Source of the DNA: an uncultured Candidatus Pelagibacter sp.
Lineage (GTDB): Bacteria; Pseudomonadota; Alphaproteobacteria; Pelagibacterales; Pelagibacteraceae
Length of the DNA: 64,000 nucleotides
Assembly (NCBI GenBank): GCA_905616395.1
Contig: CAJQSQ010000012.1
Span: forward strand, 14,188-78,187
Direction: 5' to 3'
The translations under genes and the position numbers were made by a program. The notes beneath the pieces are model-generated. The model saw only the letters and a list, made by a program, of their open reading frames with translations. It ran no database searches and was not told the origin of the DNA. This document shows positions 39,849-50,981 of the stretch, piece after piece (within the stretch, counting starts at the first letter, position 1; each line of letters starts with the position of its first letter).

Positions 39849-41720
39849 ATGAAAAATGATTTATCATTTGAGGTAGTTGTTATTGGTGGAGGTCATGCAG
39901 GTTGTGAAGCTGCTGCAGCATCTGCACGTCTTGGGGTTAACACTGCCCTATTCACTCACAAAATTGAAACCATAGGTGAGATGTCTTGTAACCCCGCAAT
40001 AGGAGGTCTTGGTAAAGGTCATCTTGTTAGAGAGATAGATGCCTTAGATGGTGTGATGGGAGAGGTTGCAGATAAATCAGGTATACAATTTAGATTATTA
40101 AATAGAAGTAGAGGGCCTGCAGTTCAAGGACCCAGAACTCAATCAGATAGATCATTATATCGTAAATATATGCAAAAAAAATTACTAAACTACTGTAATT
40201 TAAGCATTTTTTCTGATCCGGTAATAAGGTTTATTTTTAATAAAAACACTATAAGTGGATTTGAAACAAAGTCAGGCAAAAAAATTTTATGCGGTAAGCT
40301 AATCTTAACAACAGGTACTTTTTTGAATGGTTTAATTCATATTGGTGACGAGAGAACACCAGCTGGAAGATTTGATGAGAAGCCTTCAACAGGATTAAGT
40401 GAACAACTTGAAAAGTATGATTTTAAAATAGGAAGACTTAAGACAGGAACACCCCCAAGACTCGATGCCAGAACAATTAAGTATGATAATTTAGAAGAAC
40501 AGTTTGCAGACGATGACCCTTATTTTTTTTCTTTCTTAACTAAAAAAAATTTAAACAAACAAGTTTCATGTCGAATGACTTATACGAATGAAAAGGTTCA
40601 TAAGATAATTCAAAAAAATCTAAAAAGAAGTGCCATGTACTCAGGAAGCATACAGGGGGTTGGTCCAAGATATTGTCCTTCAATAGAGGACAAGATAGTA
40701 AAGTTTGCAGATAAGGACCGTCACCAGATATATTTAGAGCCTGAAGGACTAAATGATCACACAATATACCCAAATGGAATATCTACCTCACTACCTGAGG
40801 ATGTTCAACAAGAAATATGTAACAATATCATTGGTTTAGAAAATGTTAAGATAATTAGACCCGGTTATGCTATAGAATATGACTATATTGACCCTAGAGA
40901 ACTATTTTTAACTCTTGAGACTAAAAAAATTCAAAATTTATACCTTGCCGGGCAAATAAATGGAACAACAGGATATGAAGAAGCAGCCGCTCAAGGATTA
41001 ATTGCTGGAATTAATGCTGCATTATCTTTTAAGAAAGAAGAGCCATTTATTTTGGATAGATCAGATGCATATATTGGTGTTATGATAGATGATTTGGTAA
41101 CAAAGGGTGTTGCAGAGCCTTATAGAATGTTCACCTCAAGAGCAGAATATAGACTAAGTTTGAGAGCAGATAATGCCGACCAAAGATTAACAAATAAAGG
41201 AATTGAAATTGGATTAATATCAAAAGAAAGAGAAGATATTTTTAAAGATAAAGAGCATAAATTAGAAATAATATCTAAAATAATGTCTGAATCATCAATA
41301 TCTCCAACAAAAATAAAGAACTTTGATATTAAAATTGCAAAAGATGGTATTATAAGGAAATCTAATGAAATATTAACCCAAAAAGGTGTTGATATGAAAA
41401 AAATAAGAGAAATTTGGCCTGAAATTCCTTATTTTGATAAAAAAATAGATGAGCAAATTGAAATAAATGCTCATTACAGAGGCTATCTTAAAAAACAAAA
41501 AGCAGATATATTAGCATTTAAAAGAGACGAAAATTTAGTTATACCTGAAAAAGTTAATTATGATGATCTTTCTGGACTATCAAATGAGGTAAAAGCTAAA
41601 TTTAAACAAATAAAACCAAAAACTATGGGACAAGCACTGCGAATTGATGGAATAACTCCAGCTGCCGTATATATTTTGTTGTCACATGTAAAAAGAAAGT
41701 CTACTAAGCTGATAGCTTAA
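39849..41720 (+). CDS. mnmG: tRNA uridine 5-carboxymethylaminomethyl modification enzyme
   Basis: [48 protein letters not shown]. Confidence 0.98.
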   Translation: MKNDLSFEVVVIGGGHAGCEAAAASARLGVNTALFTHKIETIGEMSCNPAIGGLGKGHLVREIDALDGVMGEVADKSGIQFRLLNRSRGPAVQGPRTQSDRSLYRKYMQKKLLNYCNLSIFSDPVIRFIFNKNTISGFETKSGKKILCGKLILTTGTFLNGLIHIGDERTPAGRFDEKPSTGLSEQLEKYDFKIGRLKTGTPPRLDARTIKYDNLEEQFADDDPYFFSFLTKKNLNKQVSCRMTYTNEKVHKIIQKNLKRSAMYSGSIQGVGPRYCPSIEDKIVKFADKDRHQIYLEPEGLNDHTIYPNGISTSLPEDVQQEICNNIIGLENVKIIRPGYAIEYDYIDPRELFLTLETKKIQNLYLAGQINGTTGYEEAAAQGLIAGINAALSFKKEEPFILDRSDAYIGVMIDDLVTKGVAEPYRMFTSRAEYRLSLRADNADQRLTNKGIEIGLISKEREDIFKDKEHKLEIISKIMSESSISPTKIKNFDIKIAKDGIIRKSNEILTQKGVDMKKIREIWPEIPYFDKKIDEQIEINAHYRGYLKKQKADILAFKRDENLVIPEKVNYDDLSGLSNEVKAKFKQIKPKTMGQALRIDGITPAAVYILLSHVKRKSTKLIA

Positions 41721-42361
41721 TGGAAGAAATATTTAAAAAATATCCACTACTAAAAGACCAAAATGTTCCACGTGAAACATTAATTGATTTTGAGCTATTT
41801 TTATCCATATTACAGAGAGGAAATGAAGAAATTAATATAATAAGCAAAGAAACAGCAAAAAACGAGGTTATTAGAGAACGTCATATAATTGATTCAGCAC
41901 AAATCATTGATTTTGTTGATTTAAATAGTAATATAATAACAGATATAGGTTCAGGAGGAGGAATGCCAGGTATAATTATATCAATTATGATCAAAAATCA
42001 GAAAAATTTGAGCAAAGTTCACTTATATGAAAAAAGTCACCATAAGAGCTCTTTTTTAAGAAAAGTATCAAGAAATTTAAAATTAAATACCGAAGTCATA
42101 CAAGAAAATATTTTTGAGGCACAAAATTTAGACTCGGGTACAATAATGGCAAGGGCTTTTAAACCTTTACCGATAATTTTAGATTTAGTTTGTAAAAATT
42201 TTAGTAGTTATAAAAATTTAATCGTCTTCATGGGAAAAAATGGAGAAAAAGTTTTAGAAGAAACTTTAATAAATTGGGATTTCGATTTTGAAAAGAAAAA
42301 AAGTATTACAAGCAAAGATTCATTTTTATTAAATATAAAAAATATTAAAAAAAAACATTAA
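41720..42361 (+). CDS. rsmG: 16S rRNA m7G527 methyltransferase
   Basis: RHIIDS, DIGSGGGMPG, ARAF; mnmG-rsmG-parAB synteny. Confidence 0.9.
   Translation: MEEIFKKYPLLKDQNVPRETLIDFELFLSILQRGNEEINIISKETAKNEVIRERHIIDSAQIIDFVDLNSNIITDIGSGGGMPGIIISIMIKNQKNLSKVHLYEKSHHKSSFLRKVSRNLKLNTEVIQENIFEAQNLDSGTIMARAFKPLPIILDLVCKNFSSYKNLIVFMGKNGEKVLEETLINWDFDFEKKKSITSKDSFLLNIKNIKKKH
41764..41779. other. parS centromere site
   Basis: TGTTCCACGTGAAACA matches the parS consensus TGTTNCACGTGAAACA; inside rsmG, about 590 bp upstream of parA. Confidence 0.9.
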
Positions 42362-42369
42362 AAAACTAA

Positions 42370-43164
42370 ATGCAAATTATTTCTGTAATAAATCAAAAGG
42401 GTGGGGTTGGAAAAACAACAACAGTAATTAATCTTGCAGCGGGGTTAGCCCAACAAGAGAAAAAAATTTTAGTTATTGATCTTGATCCACAGGGAAACGC
42501 CACTACAGGACTTGGTCTATCCAATTTAGAAAGTTCAACAGACACTATTTACGGAGTGTTGAATGGAACAAAGACCATTTCCGATGTGATTAGAAAAACT
42601 GAGTTCAAAAATTTAGATATTATTACTTCGAATGTAGATTTATCTGGGCTTGAGGTTGAGACAGCTGATGACAGCATGAGAGCCTTCATTTTAAAACGCG
42701 AATTAACCTCTTATTTAAATGATTCTAGAGCAAGCTATGATTATGTACTTATAGACTGTCCACCATCACTAAGTTTGCTTACAGTCATGGCTCTGGTGTC
42801 TTCTCACTCACTATTAGTGCCACTTCAGACTGAATTCTTTGCTTTAGAGGGTTTAACCCAGCTAATGAAAACCATAGAACGAATAAAAGTTAATTTAAAT
42901 CCTGAATTAAAAATTAGAGGCATACTTTTGACAATGTTTGATAAAAGAAACAGGTTATCTACTCAGGTAGAAAAAGAAGCAAGAGACTATTTTAATGAAA
43001 AAGTTTATCTAACGGTGATACCAAGAAATGTCAGGCTATCTGAAGCCCCATCACATGGTATGCCAGTTTTAATGTATGACAAATCTTGTCCGGGTAGTAA
43101 ATCATATTTTAATTTTACAGATGAATTTATTAATCAAGAACAAAAAATAGGGAGCGCCACATAA
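42370..43164 (+). CDS. parA: Chromosome partitioning ATPase
   Basis: NQKGGVGKTTT, DLDPQGN, IDCPPSL, IPRNVRLSEAPS. Confidence 0.97.
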   Translation: MQIISVINQKGGVGKTTTVINLAAGLAQQEKKILVIDLDPQGNATTGLGLSNLESSTDTIYGVLNGTKTISDVIRKTEFKNLDIITSNVDLSGLEVETADDSMRAFILKRELTSYLNDSRASYDYVLIDCPPSLSLLTVMALVSSHSLLVPLQTEFFALEGLTQLMKTIERIKVNLNPELKIRGILLTMFDKRNRLSTQVEKEARDYFNEKVYLTVIPRNVRLSEAPSHGMPVLMYDKSCPGSKSYFNFTDEFINQEQKIGSAT

Positions 43165-44012
43165 TGGATACAAACAAAATAAAAAAAGGTCTAGGTAGAG
43201 GTTTGTCATCTTTAATAGGTGAAACAAAAGCAGAAATAAATATCAATAAAGTTTCAATATCTGATCTTGTAAGTAATAAGTTTCAACCAAGGAAAATATT
43301 TGATGAGGAAAGTTTAAAAGATTTAACAAAATCAATAAAAGAGAGAGGCATTATCCAGCCAATTATTGTTAGAAAATCTAGTGATGATAGTTCAAAGTTT
43401 GAAATAATTGCAGGAGAGAGAAGGTGGCTATCAGCACAAAAGGCAGGGTTACACGAAGTTCCAGTTGTTGTTGCTGATGTAGATGATTTAAAATCTTTAG
43501 AATTTGCTATTGTTGAGAATGTTCAAAGAAACGATTTAAATGCAGTAGAAGAAGCACGCGGTTATCAACGTCTTATTGATGAGTTCTCTTACGACCAAGA
43601 AAAAGTGGCACAATTTATTGGAAAAAGTAGAAGCCATATAGCTAATTTTTTAAGGATATTAAACTTACCCAAAGCAGTTTTAAAGCTAATTGAAACTCAA
43701 AAATTAACACCTGGACATGCAAAAATTTTAGTTGGTTTGGATAATGCCGAATTTATAGCAACTAAAATAGTTGAAAAAAACCTTTCAGTGAGACAGTCAG
43801 AAAATCTTGTTAAAATCTTTAAAACTAAAAAACATTTTCTTAAATCCTCTAAAGACACAAACTTACAAGCTTTAGAAGTTTCAATTAGAGAAAAAATTGG
43901 CCTTAATGTTTTAATTAAAAATAAGAAAAATAATTCAGGAACTTTACTGTTTGAATACAAAGATTTAGATCAGTTAAATAAAATAATTGAAATAATAAAA
44001 TCTAATTATTAG
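43164..44012 (+). CDS. parB: Chromosome partitioning protein
   Basis: LGRGLSSL, QPRK, GIIQPIIVR, AGERRW, ENVQRNDLN. Confidence 0.97.
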   Translation: MDTNKIKKGLGRGLSSLIGETKAEININKVSISDLVSNKFQPRKIFDEESLKDLTKSIKERGIIQPIIVRKSSDDSSKFEIIAGERRWLSAQKAGLHEVPVVVADVDDLKSLEFAIVENVQRNDLNAVEEARGYQRLIDEFSYDQEKVAQFIGKSRSHIANFLRILNLPKAVLKLIETQKLTPGHAKILVGLDNAEFIATKIVEKNLSVRQSENLVKIFKTKKHFLKSSKDTNLQALEVSIREKIGLNVLIKNKKNNSGTLLFEYKDLDQLNKIIEIIKSNY

Positions 44013-44997
44013 TTTTTATTGAATTAGCAATTATAAAATCTGATAATATATTTTTAGCAATAGTAGAGTTTTTTTTGATTAAAAGTTCAACTTCGTTAGT
44101 TTTATAAATTAAATCCTTTAAATGGTCTTTTTTCCAAGATCTCATTTGTTGAGTAACAAGTGGTTTGTCTTTCCAAAAAATTGGTGGCTTACATGAAGAA
44201 ACTGCTTGTTCAATATTATTTTTTTCGTCAAGTAATTCATAAATTTTAATTAATCTTTTAAGTTTTGCTAATAATGTTCTAATAATTATAATATTATCTT
44301 CATCAGAATAGTTGTTTTCATTTAAAATAGTGACGGTTTTCCTAGTGTTTTTGGCAAGAGAGTGATCCACTAGTTCTGAAGCGCTATAGTTATCTGCAAG
44401 GTTAGTTAGCTTTATTATTTCTTGAAGATTTAAGTTTTTTTTATTCAGTGAATAGTTCTCAATCTTTTCTAGTTCATTATTTAGGTTTTTTCTATCTCCT
44501 CTACTTCTTTCTATTAGGATATTTACAAGCTGCTGAGATATTGGAATCTTTCTTTTTTTAAAAAAAAGATTAATCATTGAATTTAATGTTTGGTTATTGT
44601 CCTCATAAAATGGGACACATATTATTGATTTTTCTTTTTCGAAAATTTTACGCAATGTAGATTTTTTTTCAAGATTTTTTGAATTTAAGATTATCTGTAT
44701 ATCGTCTGGATTTTTTTCTATTAACTCTTCTATAATTTCCTTAATTTTGTCTGTAGTTCTATTAATGATTATAAGTTTTTCGTTATCAAAGAAGGATCTA
44801 GTCAGAATGGTATTAAAAAAATTAATTGTATTATCTAATATTTCTTTTTCCTCATATCTATATATTTTATTTAGATAATTTTTTTTGAATAAATTTTTAA
44901 TAGTTTCTTCTTTTAAACCTTCATTATCACCATAAAATAGATAAAATTTATAATTATTTAATTTTATTTTATTTAATTCAAATGATTTTAGTATCAT
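44002..44997 (-). CDS. holA: DNA polymerase III delta subunit
   Basis: LFYGDNEG, NELEK, PPIFWK; leuS-lptE-holA synteny. Confidence 0.88.
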   Translation of the reverse strand: MILKSFELNKIKLNNYKFYLFYGDNEGLKEETIKNLFKKNYLNKIYRYEEKEILDNTINFFNTILTRSFFDNEKLIIINRTTDKIKEIIEELIEKNPDDIQIILNSKNLEKKSTLRKIFEKEKSIICVPFYEDNNQTLNSMINLFFKKRKIPISQQLVNILIERSRGDRKNLNNELEKIENYSLNKKNLNLQEIIKLTNLADNYSASELVDHSLAKNTRKTVTILNENNYSDEDNIIIIRTLLAKLKRLIKIYELLDEKNNIEQAVSSCKPPIFWKDKPLVTQQMRSWKKDHLKDLIYKTNEVELLIKKNSTIAKNILSDFIIANSIKTNN

Positions 44998-45458
44998 TTA
45001 ATACTTGATATCTTGTACGTCAGTTTTAGAGCAGCACTTTCAGCTAAATTACTTATAATTTGTCTTTCATATTGATCTAAACTAAATTTATTAGAAATAT
45101 TATTATAATTAAAGCTTTCAATAATATTAAATTCATCTCTAGAATTGTTATTCATGATAATTTCTACATTTATTTTTATAGTAAATTTAAAGCTAGTAGG
45201 GTCACCAGCAATATCTTTCGCAAGTATTACTTTTTTGGTATCACTAGTTATTTTTAAAGTAAAATTTTTATCTTTTTCACTTAAAGTATAATAATTCAGC
45301 ATTTCTTTTAATTTTATATTAACTTTTCTATCCCCAACAAATGTTAACTTGTTTATAGAAAAATCATAATTAATAGAATTTTTTTTAGAGTGGATTGCTT
45401 CATAACCACAAGAGGATAAAAATAATAATATAATTGGGATAAGGATATTTTTAAACAT
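44994..45458 (-). CDS. lptE: LPS assembly lipoprotein LptE-like
   Basis: Lipobox LSSCG; position between leuS and holA. Confidence 0.7.
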   Translation of the reverse strand: MFKNILIPIILLFLSSCGYEAIHSKKNSINYDFSINKLTFVGDRKVNIKLKEMLNYYTLSEKDKNFTLKITSDTKKVILAKDIAGDPTSFKFTIKINVEIIMNNNSRDEFNIIESFNYNNISNKFSLDQYERQIISNLAESAALKLTYKISSIK

Positions 45459-45460
45459 TT

Positions 45461-47995
45461 TTACAGTATAATATTTATAAGTCTATTTGACACAAAAATT
45501 GTTTTTTTTATTTTTTGGTTATGTAGAAGTTTTTCAGTTCCAATGTTTAATTTAATTTTATCTAAGATTGAATTTTCATCTATACCTCTATTAACTTTTA
45601 AAATAGCTCTTTTTTTACCATTTATTTGTACAACAAAATTAATCTCCTCTTCCACTAACTCTTCTTTTGATATGGAGGGCCAATTTATTTTTTCTTCATT
45701 GATATTACTTAGACACTCAGCAGAAAAATGTGGAATAAACGGATTCATTAATATTAAAATTTTTTTATAATTCTCAGCTAAAATTTCTTTTTTTATAGGT
45801 TTTTCAATTTCTTTAATTAAAAAATTATACATTTCATAAAAATTTGCAATTATTACGTTATAGTGAAATTTTTCCAAGTTTTGGGTTACTTTGTAAATTA
45901 ATTGATTGGTAAATTTGGTTAAATTTTCCCCCTCATTAGTCTCATCAGTATTTCTAACTTTTTCTAAAACTTTAGAATTTAGTATCCATAATTTTTGAAC
46001 AAATCTAAATGATGCTAGCATACCTTGATCTGACCACTGAACATCTTTTTCTGGGGGGCTATCTGATAAAATGAACAGTCTTACAGAATCTGCTCCATAA
46101 TTTTTAATTATACTTTCTGGGTCAATAGTATTTTTTTTAGATTTTGACATAGATTCAGTTGGTCCAACAATAATTTTTTCTAAAGGATTATTTTTTTTGA
46201 AAAATTTTTTACCATCTTCAGAGGACACCTCTTCAGGGCTTAACCATTTATTATTTTGGTCCTTATAGGTTTCGTGGCAAACCATTCCTTGTGTAAATAG
46301 TCCATTAAATGGTTCCTTCAATTTAAAAGTTTCATTTTTATGTGAGATAGCTTGCATAAAAAACCTTGAGTATAATAAATGTAAAATGGCATGCTCAACT
46401 CCACCAATATATTGATCAACGGGCATCCAATAATCCACCTCTTCTTGAGTAAAGCCATGATTGGTATTGTAAGGGGAGCAAAATCTTAGAAAATACCAGG
46501 ATGAATCAACGAATGTGTCTAGTGTATCAGTTTCTCGTCTATATTTTTTTCCATCTAAAATAAAATATTTCCATTCATTTTCAGTATCCAGAGGATTACC
46601 GGTACTACTTAATTTATCAATTTCTGGAAGTTTAACAGGTAACATTTCTATAGGAATTTTAATGGGTTGATCATTTTCATCATAAGCAATTGGGATTGGA
46701 CAGCCCCAATATCTTTGCCTTGATATTCCCCAATCCTTTAATCGATAATTAATTTTTTTCTTTCCTAAATTATTTTTTTCAAGAAATTCAATTGTTTTAA
46801 CAACAGATTCATTTGGAACTTTTAAACCATCAAGAAAATTTGAATTATAAAGAAATCCATCACCTGTATAAGCCTCATTGTTTATTTCAAAGTCTTTATC
46901 TTTTTCTGGCTTAACAACAGCTGTAATCTTTAAATTATATTTTTTTGCAAAATCTAAATCTCTTTGATCGTGTGCAGGACAGCCAAACACAGCACCCAAT
47001 CCATAATCCATTAATACAAAGTTTGCAAAATAAACTGGAACTTTCATATTTTTATCCAGAGGATTAACTGCAATCATATCAGTTTTAAAGCCAAGTTTTT
47101 CTGCTGAGGCAATAGATTCTTCTGTAGTACCTGATTTAGAGCACTCATCTCTAAAGTCTTGAAACTTTCTATCGTCCTCATAATATTTTGCTAAAGGGTG
47201 ATCAACTGAGAGTGCAAGAAAAGAAAAACCAAAAAGAGTATCAGGTCTTGTTGTATAACACTTAATGCTTTCAATGGGTTTTTCACTTTCAACTTTAAAT
47301 TCAACCTCACACCCAAAAGATTTTCCAATCCAATTCTTTTGCATAACCTTTACTTTGTTGGGCCATTGATCTAGCGTCTCTAACCCTTGTAAAAGCTCTT
47401 CTGAAAATTTTGATATGTTAAAAAACCATTGATTTAGCTTCTTTCTTTCAACTATGGCCCCCGATCTCCAACCCTTTCCATCTACCACCTGTTCATTAGC
47501 AAGAACAGTTTCATCTATAGGGTCCCAATTTACATAATTCTCTTTTCTATAAACCAAACCTTTATCATAAAGTTCTAAAAAAAATTTTTGCTGATGTTTA
47601 TAATAATCCTCAGAACAAGTTGAAATTTCTTTATCCCAATCAATCGATAACCCAAGCTTTTTAAGTTGAGATCTCATAGTTTTAATATTTAATTCTGTCC
47701 AGGTTTTAGGATCTAAATTATTTTGTCTTGCAGCATTTTCAGCTGGCATACCAAACGAGTCCCAGCCCATTGGATGTAGAACATTATAGCCTTGTAAGGT
47801 TTTAAATCGCGCTAACACATCACCAATAGTATAATTCCTAACATGCCCCATGTGAATTTTACCTGATGGGTAAGGAAACATTTCTAAGCAATAAAATTTT
47901 TTTTTAGTTTTATCTAACTTAGTTGAAAATACCTTTTCCTTTTTCCAAAGTTTTTGCCACTTTTCTTCTACACTTTTAAAATTATATCTATCCAC
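45461..47995 (-). CDS. leuS: Leucine--tRNA ligase
   Basis: [14 protein letters not shown] (HIGH), [14 protein letters not shown] (KMSKS). Confidence 0.98.
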   Translation of the reverse strand: MDRYNFKSVEEKWQKLWKKEKVFSTKLDKTKKKFYCLEMFPYPSGKIHMGHVRNYTIGDVLARFKTLQGYNVLHPMGWDSFGMPAENAARQNNLDPKTWTELNIKTMRSQLKKLGLSIDWDKEISTCSEDYYKHQQKFFLELYDKGLVYRKENYVNWDPIDETVLANEQVVDGKGWRSGAIVERKKLNQWFFNISKFSEELLQGLETLDQWPNKVKVMQKNWIGKSFGCEVEFKVESEKPIESIKCYTTRPDTLFGFSFLALSVDHPLAKYYEDDRKFQDFRDECSKSGTTEESIASAEKLGFKTDMIAVNPLDKNMKVPVYFANFVLMDYGLGAVFGCPAHDQRDLDFAKKYNLKITAVVKPEKDKDFEINNEAYTGDGFLYNSNFLDGLKVPNESVVKTIEFLEKNNLGKKKINYRLKDWGISRQRYWGCPIPIAYDENDQPIKIPIEMLPVKLPEIDKLSSTGNPLDTENEWKYFILDGKKYRRETDTLDTFVDSSWYFLRFCSPYNTNHGFTQEEVDYWMPVDQYIGGVEHAILHLLYSRFFMQAISHKNETFKLKEPFNGLFTQGMVCHETYKDQNNKWLSPEEVSSEDGKKFFKKNNPLEKIIVGPTESMSKSKKNTIDPESIIKNYGADSVRLFILSDSPPEKDVQWSDQGMLASFRFVQKLWILNSKVLEKVRNTDETNEGENLTKFTNQLIYKVTQNLEKFHYNVIIANFYEMYNFLIKEIEKPIKKEILAENYKKILILMNPFIPHFSAECLSNINEEKINWPSISKEELVEEEINFVVQINGKKRAILKVNRGIDENSILDKIKLNIGTEKLLHNQKIKKTIFVSNRLINIIL

Positions 47996-48018
47996 AAAAT
48001 TAAAAATTTAGTTTTGTA

Positions 48019-48582
48019 TTATTGATTATTAGAAGGAGGCTCGGCAACATACGGTTTAAAATTTTTATCTTTTTTCTGTTTTTCATAAATTGCTGCAGTC
48101 TTTAAAATTTTTCCTTTTAATTCAGGAATTAAATTTCCAGTCTTTTCTGATATTGTACAATTAGATTGAGCCACACATTTTTTATTGAAAACTTTAATGT
48201 CCAGAGCATCTGATCTAACTTCATTCGATAAAAATCTTATAGAAATTTTAATACTCTCATTCGAGGTTTGATCAGTTGAATACCAATCTGTGATTATGAT
48301 GCCACCACTATAATTAACAGAAGCTAATGGCATAAAATCGATCGTATCTAAAGAAGCTCTCCATAGTTCGTTTGAACTAGCAAATTCAAAATTACCATTT
48401 CCCTTTAGTTTTTTGGCAGAGTCCATTATTCTAAATCCCCTCCCTTCCTCAAGGTTCTTTTTCACCCTATCTTTTGGATTTGGAGAGATTTTTCTTGCAT
48501 CACCGGGCGTACCACACGAGTTTAGTGCAAATAAAATAAGTGTTAGAAAAACTGATATTTGAGTAATTTTTTTTCGAATCAT
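48019..48582 (-). CDS. DUF3576-like lipoprotein
   Basis: Lipobox LNSCG, NELWRASLDTIDFMPL, GGIIITDWY. Confidence 0.8.
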   Translation of the reverse strand: MIRKKITQISVFLTLILFALNSCGTPGDARKISPNPKDRVKKNLEEGRGFRIMDSAKKLKGNGNFEFASSNELWRASLDTIDFMPLASVNYSGGIIITDWYSTDQTSNESIKISIRFLSNEVRSDALDIKVFNKKCVAQSNCTISEKTGNLIPELKGKILKTAAIYEKQKKDKNFKPYVAEPPSNNQ

Positions 48583-48665
48583 AGATAAATTTTAGGATAA
48601 ATTAGTATAATTAACCAATATAGTTAAAAACTCTAATAAATACAGATAAATCAAGAAAAATTGTT

Positions 48666-48683
48666 TGTTGTAAATATGCAACA
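48666..48683. promoter_or_regulatory. Imperfect palindrome upstream of porin (candidate transcription factor site)
   Basis: TGTTGTAAATATGCAACA, 14/18 self-complementary. Confidence 0.4.
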
Positions 48684-48794
48684 CAAATAAGAATTTATTT
48701 ATAAAAACAATGATTAAGTAAATTATTTAACAAAAAATGATATTTATACCATGTTTATTATTAATAATAACAATAACAATAACAAAGGAAAAAT

Positions 48795-49757
48795 ATGAAC
48801 AACTTAAAAAAAATAGGTTTATCAGCTTTAGCTGGTTCACTAGCTGCTGTGTCAGTTAACGCTGCAGAGTTAAGCGTTTCTGGTGGTGCTGCTTTATACA
48901 TCGGTACTACAGACGAAAATGGTGCTGGTTACTACTCAATGGGTGACAGTGTTACTTTTTCAGGTTCAGGAGAAACTGACGGTGGATTAAACATCGCTGT
49001 AAAATTTGAACTAGATGGTAACGACGCAAACACTGCTAGTACTGCAAACGTAATGGATAGCAGATCTGTTAAAATTTCTACAGACGCTTTAGGAACAATT
49101 ACTTGGGCTGGTCACGGTGGTGATTCAGTTGTAAGTGGTTGGGATGATATGACTCCTACTGCTTATGAAGAAGTATGGGATCTAACAGCTGGTGCTGACT
49201 CTAATAGAATTAAGGGTGCTTCAGGAGATAACATGATTAGATACGACTCACCTTCATTCTCAGGTGTATCAGTTCACGCATCATACGTAAATGCTGCTGC
49301 TGGTGGAGTATCAATGTACAGCGATATGGGTATTAAAATCTCTCCAGAAATGGTTGATGGTTTAACTGTTGGTTTCGCATCTGGTGAAGTTGAAGAAACT
49401 GCTGGTGTATTTGTCGATGAATCTGTAGCGTTTGTAACATACGCTTTTGGTGGAGTAACTATTGGTTACCAAGAATCAGAAGCTGATGGTCCAACTGTAA
49501 CTCAAGACGATGACAGTACATCAATGAGTATCTCTTACCAAATAAATGATGACTTTTCAGTATCTTACGGTACTCATGAGCTAGATCTTGGTTCAGCGAC
49601 TGCTGTTGGAACTGATCAAGAATCATCTGGTTGGTCTGCATCATACACTATGGGTGGAATGTCAATTTCTGGTCATATGCATGAAACTGATAACGTAGCT
49701 GGTGTTGCAACTGCTGATCTTAAATCTTACGAGTTAGAATTATCATTTGCATTCTAA
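48795..49757 (+). CDS. Outer-membrane porin
   Basis: Signal peptide, beta-strand-like alternation, C-terminal ...ELSFAF; strong RBS and codon bias typical of high expression. Confidence 0.88.
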   Translation: MNNLKKIGLSALAGSLAAVSVNAAELSVSGGAALYIGTTDENGAGYYSMGDSVTFSGSGETDGGLNIAVKFELDGNDANTASTANVMDSRSVKISTDALGTITWAGHGGDSVVSGWDDMTPTAYEEVWDLTAGADSNRIKGASGDNMIRYDSPSFSGVSVHASYVNAAAGGVSMYSDMGIKISPEMVDGLTVGFASGEVEETAGVFVDESVAFVTYAFGGVTIGYQESEADGPTVTQDDDSTSMSISYQINDDFSVSYGTHELDLGSATAVGTDQESSGWSASYTMGGMSISGHMHETDNVAGVATADLKSYELELSFAF

Positions 49758-49779
49758 TTAGTTTAGATCGAAAATTAAT

Positions 49780-49810
49780 AAAAGGGCCCCTTTTTAGGGG
49801 CCTTTTTTTT
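49780..49810. terminator. Bidirectional intrinsic terminator
   Basis: AAAAGGGCCCC-TTTTTA-GGGGCCTTTTTTTT between the convergent porin and thiE-like genes; overlaps the last codons of the latter. Confidence 0.85.
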
Positions 49811-50336
49811 GTTCAAAAAAAGAAATACCAGCAAAACCCTGGCAGATAATAAGATTTAACTTTTTTAAATTATTATTTGATAGACCTCCTAGTGCAATGA
49901 GTGGTTTCTTGGTTAAAAGAGATAGTAATTTAAATCTTTTAACACCTAAATAATTTTTATTTTGTTTGAAAATTGAAGATAAAAAAATAGATTCGACTTT
50001 TTGAAGCTCTTTGGTTCTTATTTCATAAAGATTGTGAGCAGAACCCAAAATAATAAATTTCTTTGCTAAAGAATATGAGAGGTGTTTTATATTTTTATTG
50101 AATGAAGGGATGTAAGCCCCATCCAAGTTAAGTTTAACAGCTAATTTTATATTATTTGACAGTAAAAATTTGTTACCTTTTTTTTTACAATAATTTTTTA
50201 TTTTTATAATTAGTTTTTCATCTACTTTTTGATCGTAATTTCTATAAATTATAGCTGTTCCTTTATCTTGTTTATCTATGTGACTTTCATCAAATTTATT
50301 AATAAAGTAATATTTGTTTAAAATTTTATTATGCAT
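49794..50336 (-). CDS. Thiamine phosphate synthase-like (ThiE/TenI) protein, degenerate
   Basis: LDGAYIPS, GSAHN, FLSSIF, IALGG, GFAGIS. Confidence 0.75.
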   Translation of the reverse strand: MHNKILNKYYFINKFDESHIDKQDKGTAIIYRNYDQKVDEKLIIKIKNYCKKKGNKFLLSNNIKLAVKLNLDGAYIPSFNKNIKHLSYSLAKKFIILGSAHNLYEIRTKELQKVESIFLSSIFKQNKNYLGVKRFKLLSLLTKKPLIALGGLSNNNLKKLNLIICQGFAGISFFEQKKGP

Positions 50337-50981
50337 AACATTGTTAAAAATTTAATTTACATAGAAGAGCTTATTAAATCAAAGGTAAATCAAGTTAAAT
50401 TACCTACAATTATAGCGGTATCAAAAACCTTTCCTATTGAAAGTATTTTGCCATTAATAGAGCATGGCCATCTACATTATGGAGAAAATAAGGTTCAGGA
50501 AGCTATGCAAAAGTGGACTGATATAAAAAATGAAAATAGTAATATTCAACTCCATTTAATTGGAGGTCTTCAGACTAATAAAGTTAAATTTGCTTTAAAA
50601 ATATTTGATTATATTCATTCATTAGATAACGAAAAATTAGCTAATAAAATTGCAGATGAGCAGGTAAAACAAGGAAAAAAACCGAAAATATTGATACAGG
50701 TAAATATTGGAGATGAAGATCAAAAATCTGGAATAGATAAAAAAAATTTAAAAGATTTTTACAAGTTTTGTAAAAATTTGAATTTAGATATTATTGGAAC
50801 AATGTGTATTCCTCCAAATGGTGGCAACTCATCAAAATATTTTTCTGAGATGAATCACATAAACAAAGAATTAAGTTTTAAAGAATTAAGTATGGGTATG
50901 TCAGAGGATTACCTAGAGGCAATTAAAAATAACGCAACTTACGTAAGAGTAGGTTCAAAAATATTTGGTAGTAGAACTTAA
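50331..50981 (+). CDS. yggS: PLP homeostasis protein
   Basis: IAVSKT, YGENKVQE, HLIGGLQTNK, LSMGMSEDY, VRVGSKIFG. Confidence 0.95.
   Translation: MHNIVKNLIYIEELIKSKVNQVKLPTIIAVSKTFPIESILPLIEHGHLHYGENKVQEAMQKWTDIKNENSNIQLHLIGGLQTNKVKFALKIFDYIHSLDNEKLANKIADEQVKQGKKPKILIQVNIGDEDQKSGIDKKNLKDFYKFCKNLNLDIIGTMCIPPNGGNSSKYFSEMNHINKELSFKELSMGMSEDYLEAIKNNATYVRVGSKIFGSRT

Noticed and set aside
49122-49624. Seven GANTC (CcrM) sites clustered in the porin gene
   Set aside because: They arise from Asp-Ser/Glu-Ser dipeptides; modest excess with no statistical test possible here.
48795-49757. Elevated GC of the porin gene as a sign of horizontal transfer
   Set aside because: C-ending codons for Tyr/Phe/Asn/Asp and the Gly/Ala-rich composition fit high-expression codon bias; flanking synteny is core.
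50337-50450. TPP riboswitch upstream of the thiE-like gene
   Set aside because: The region is yggS coding sequence and no TPP consensus (CTGAGA core) is evident in a leader context.
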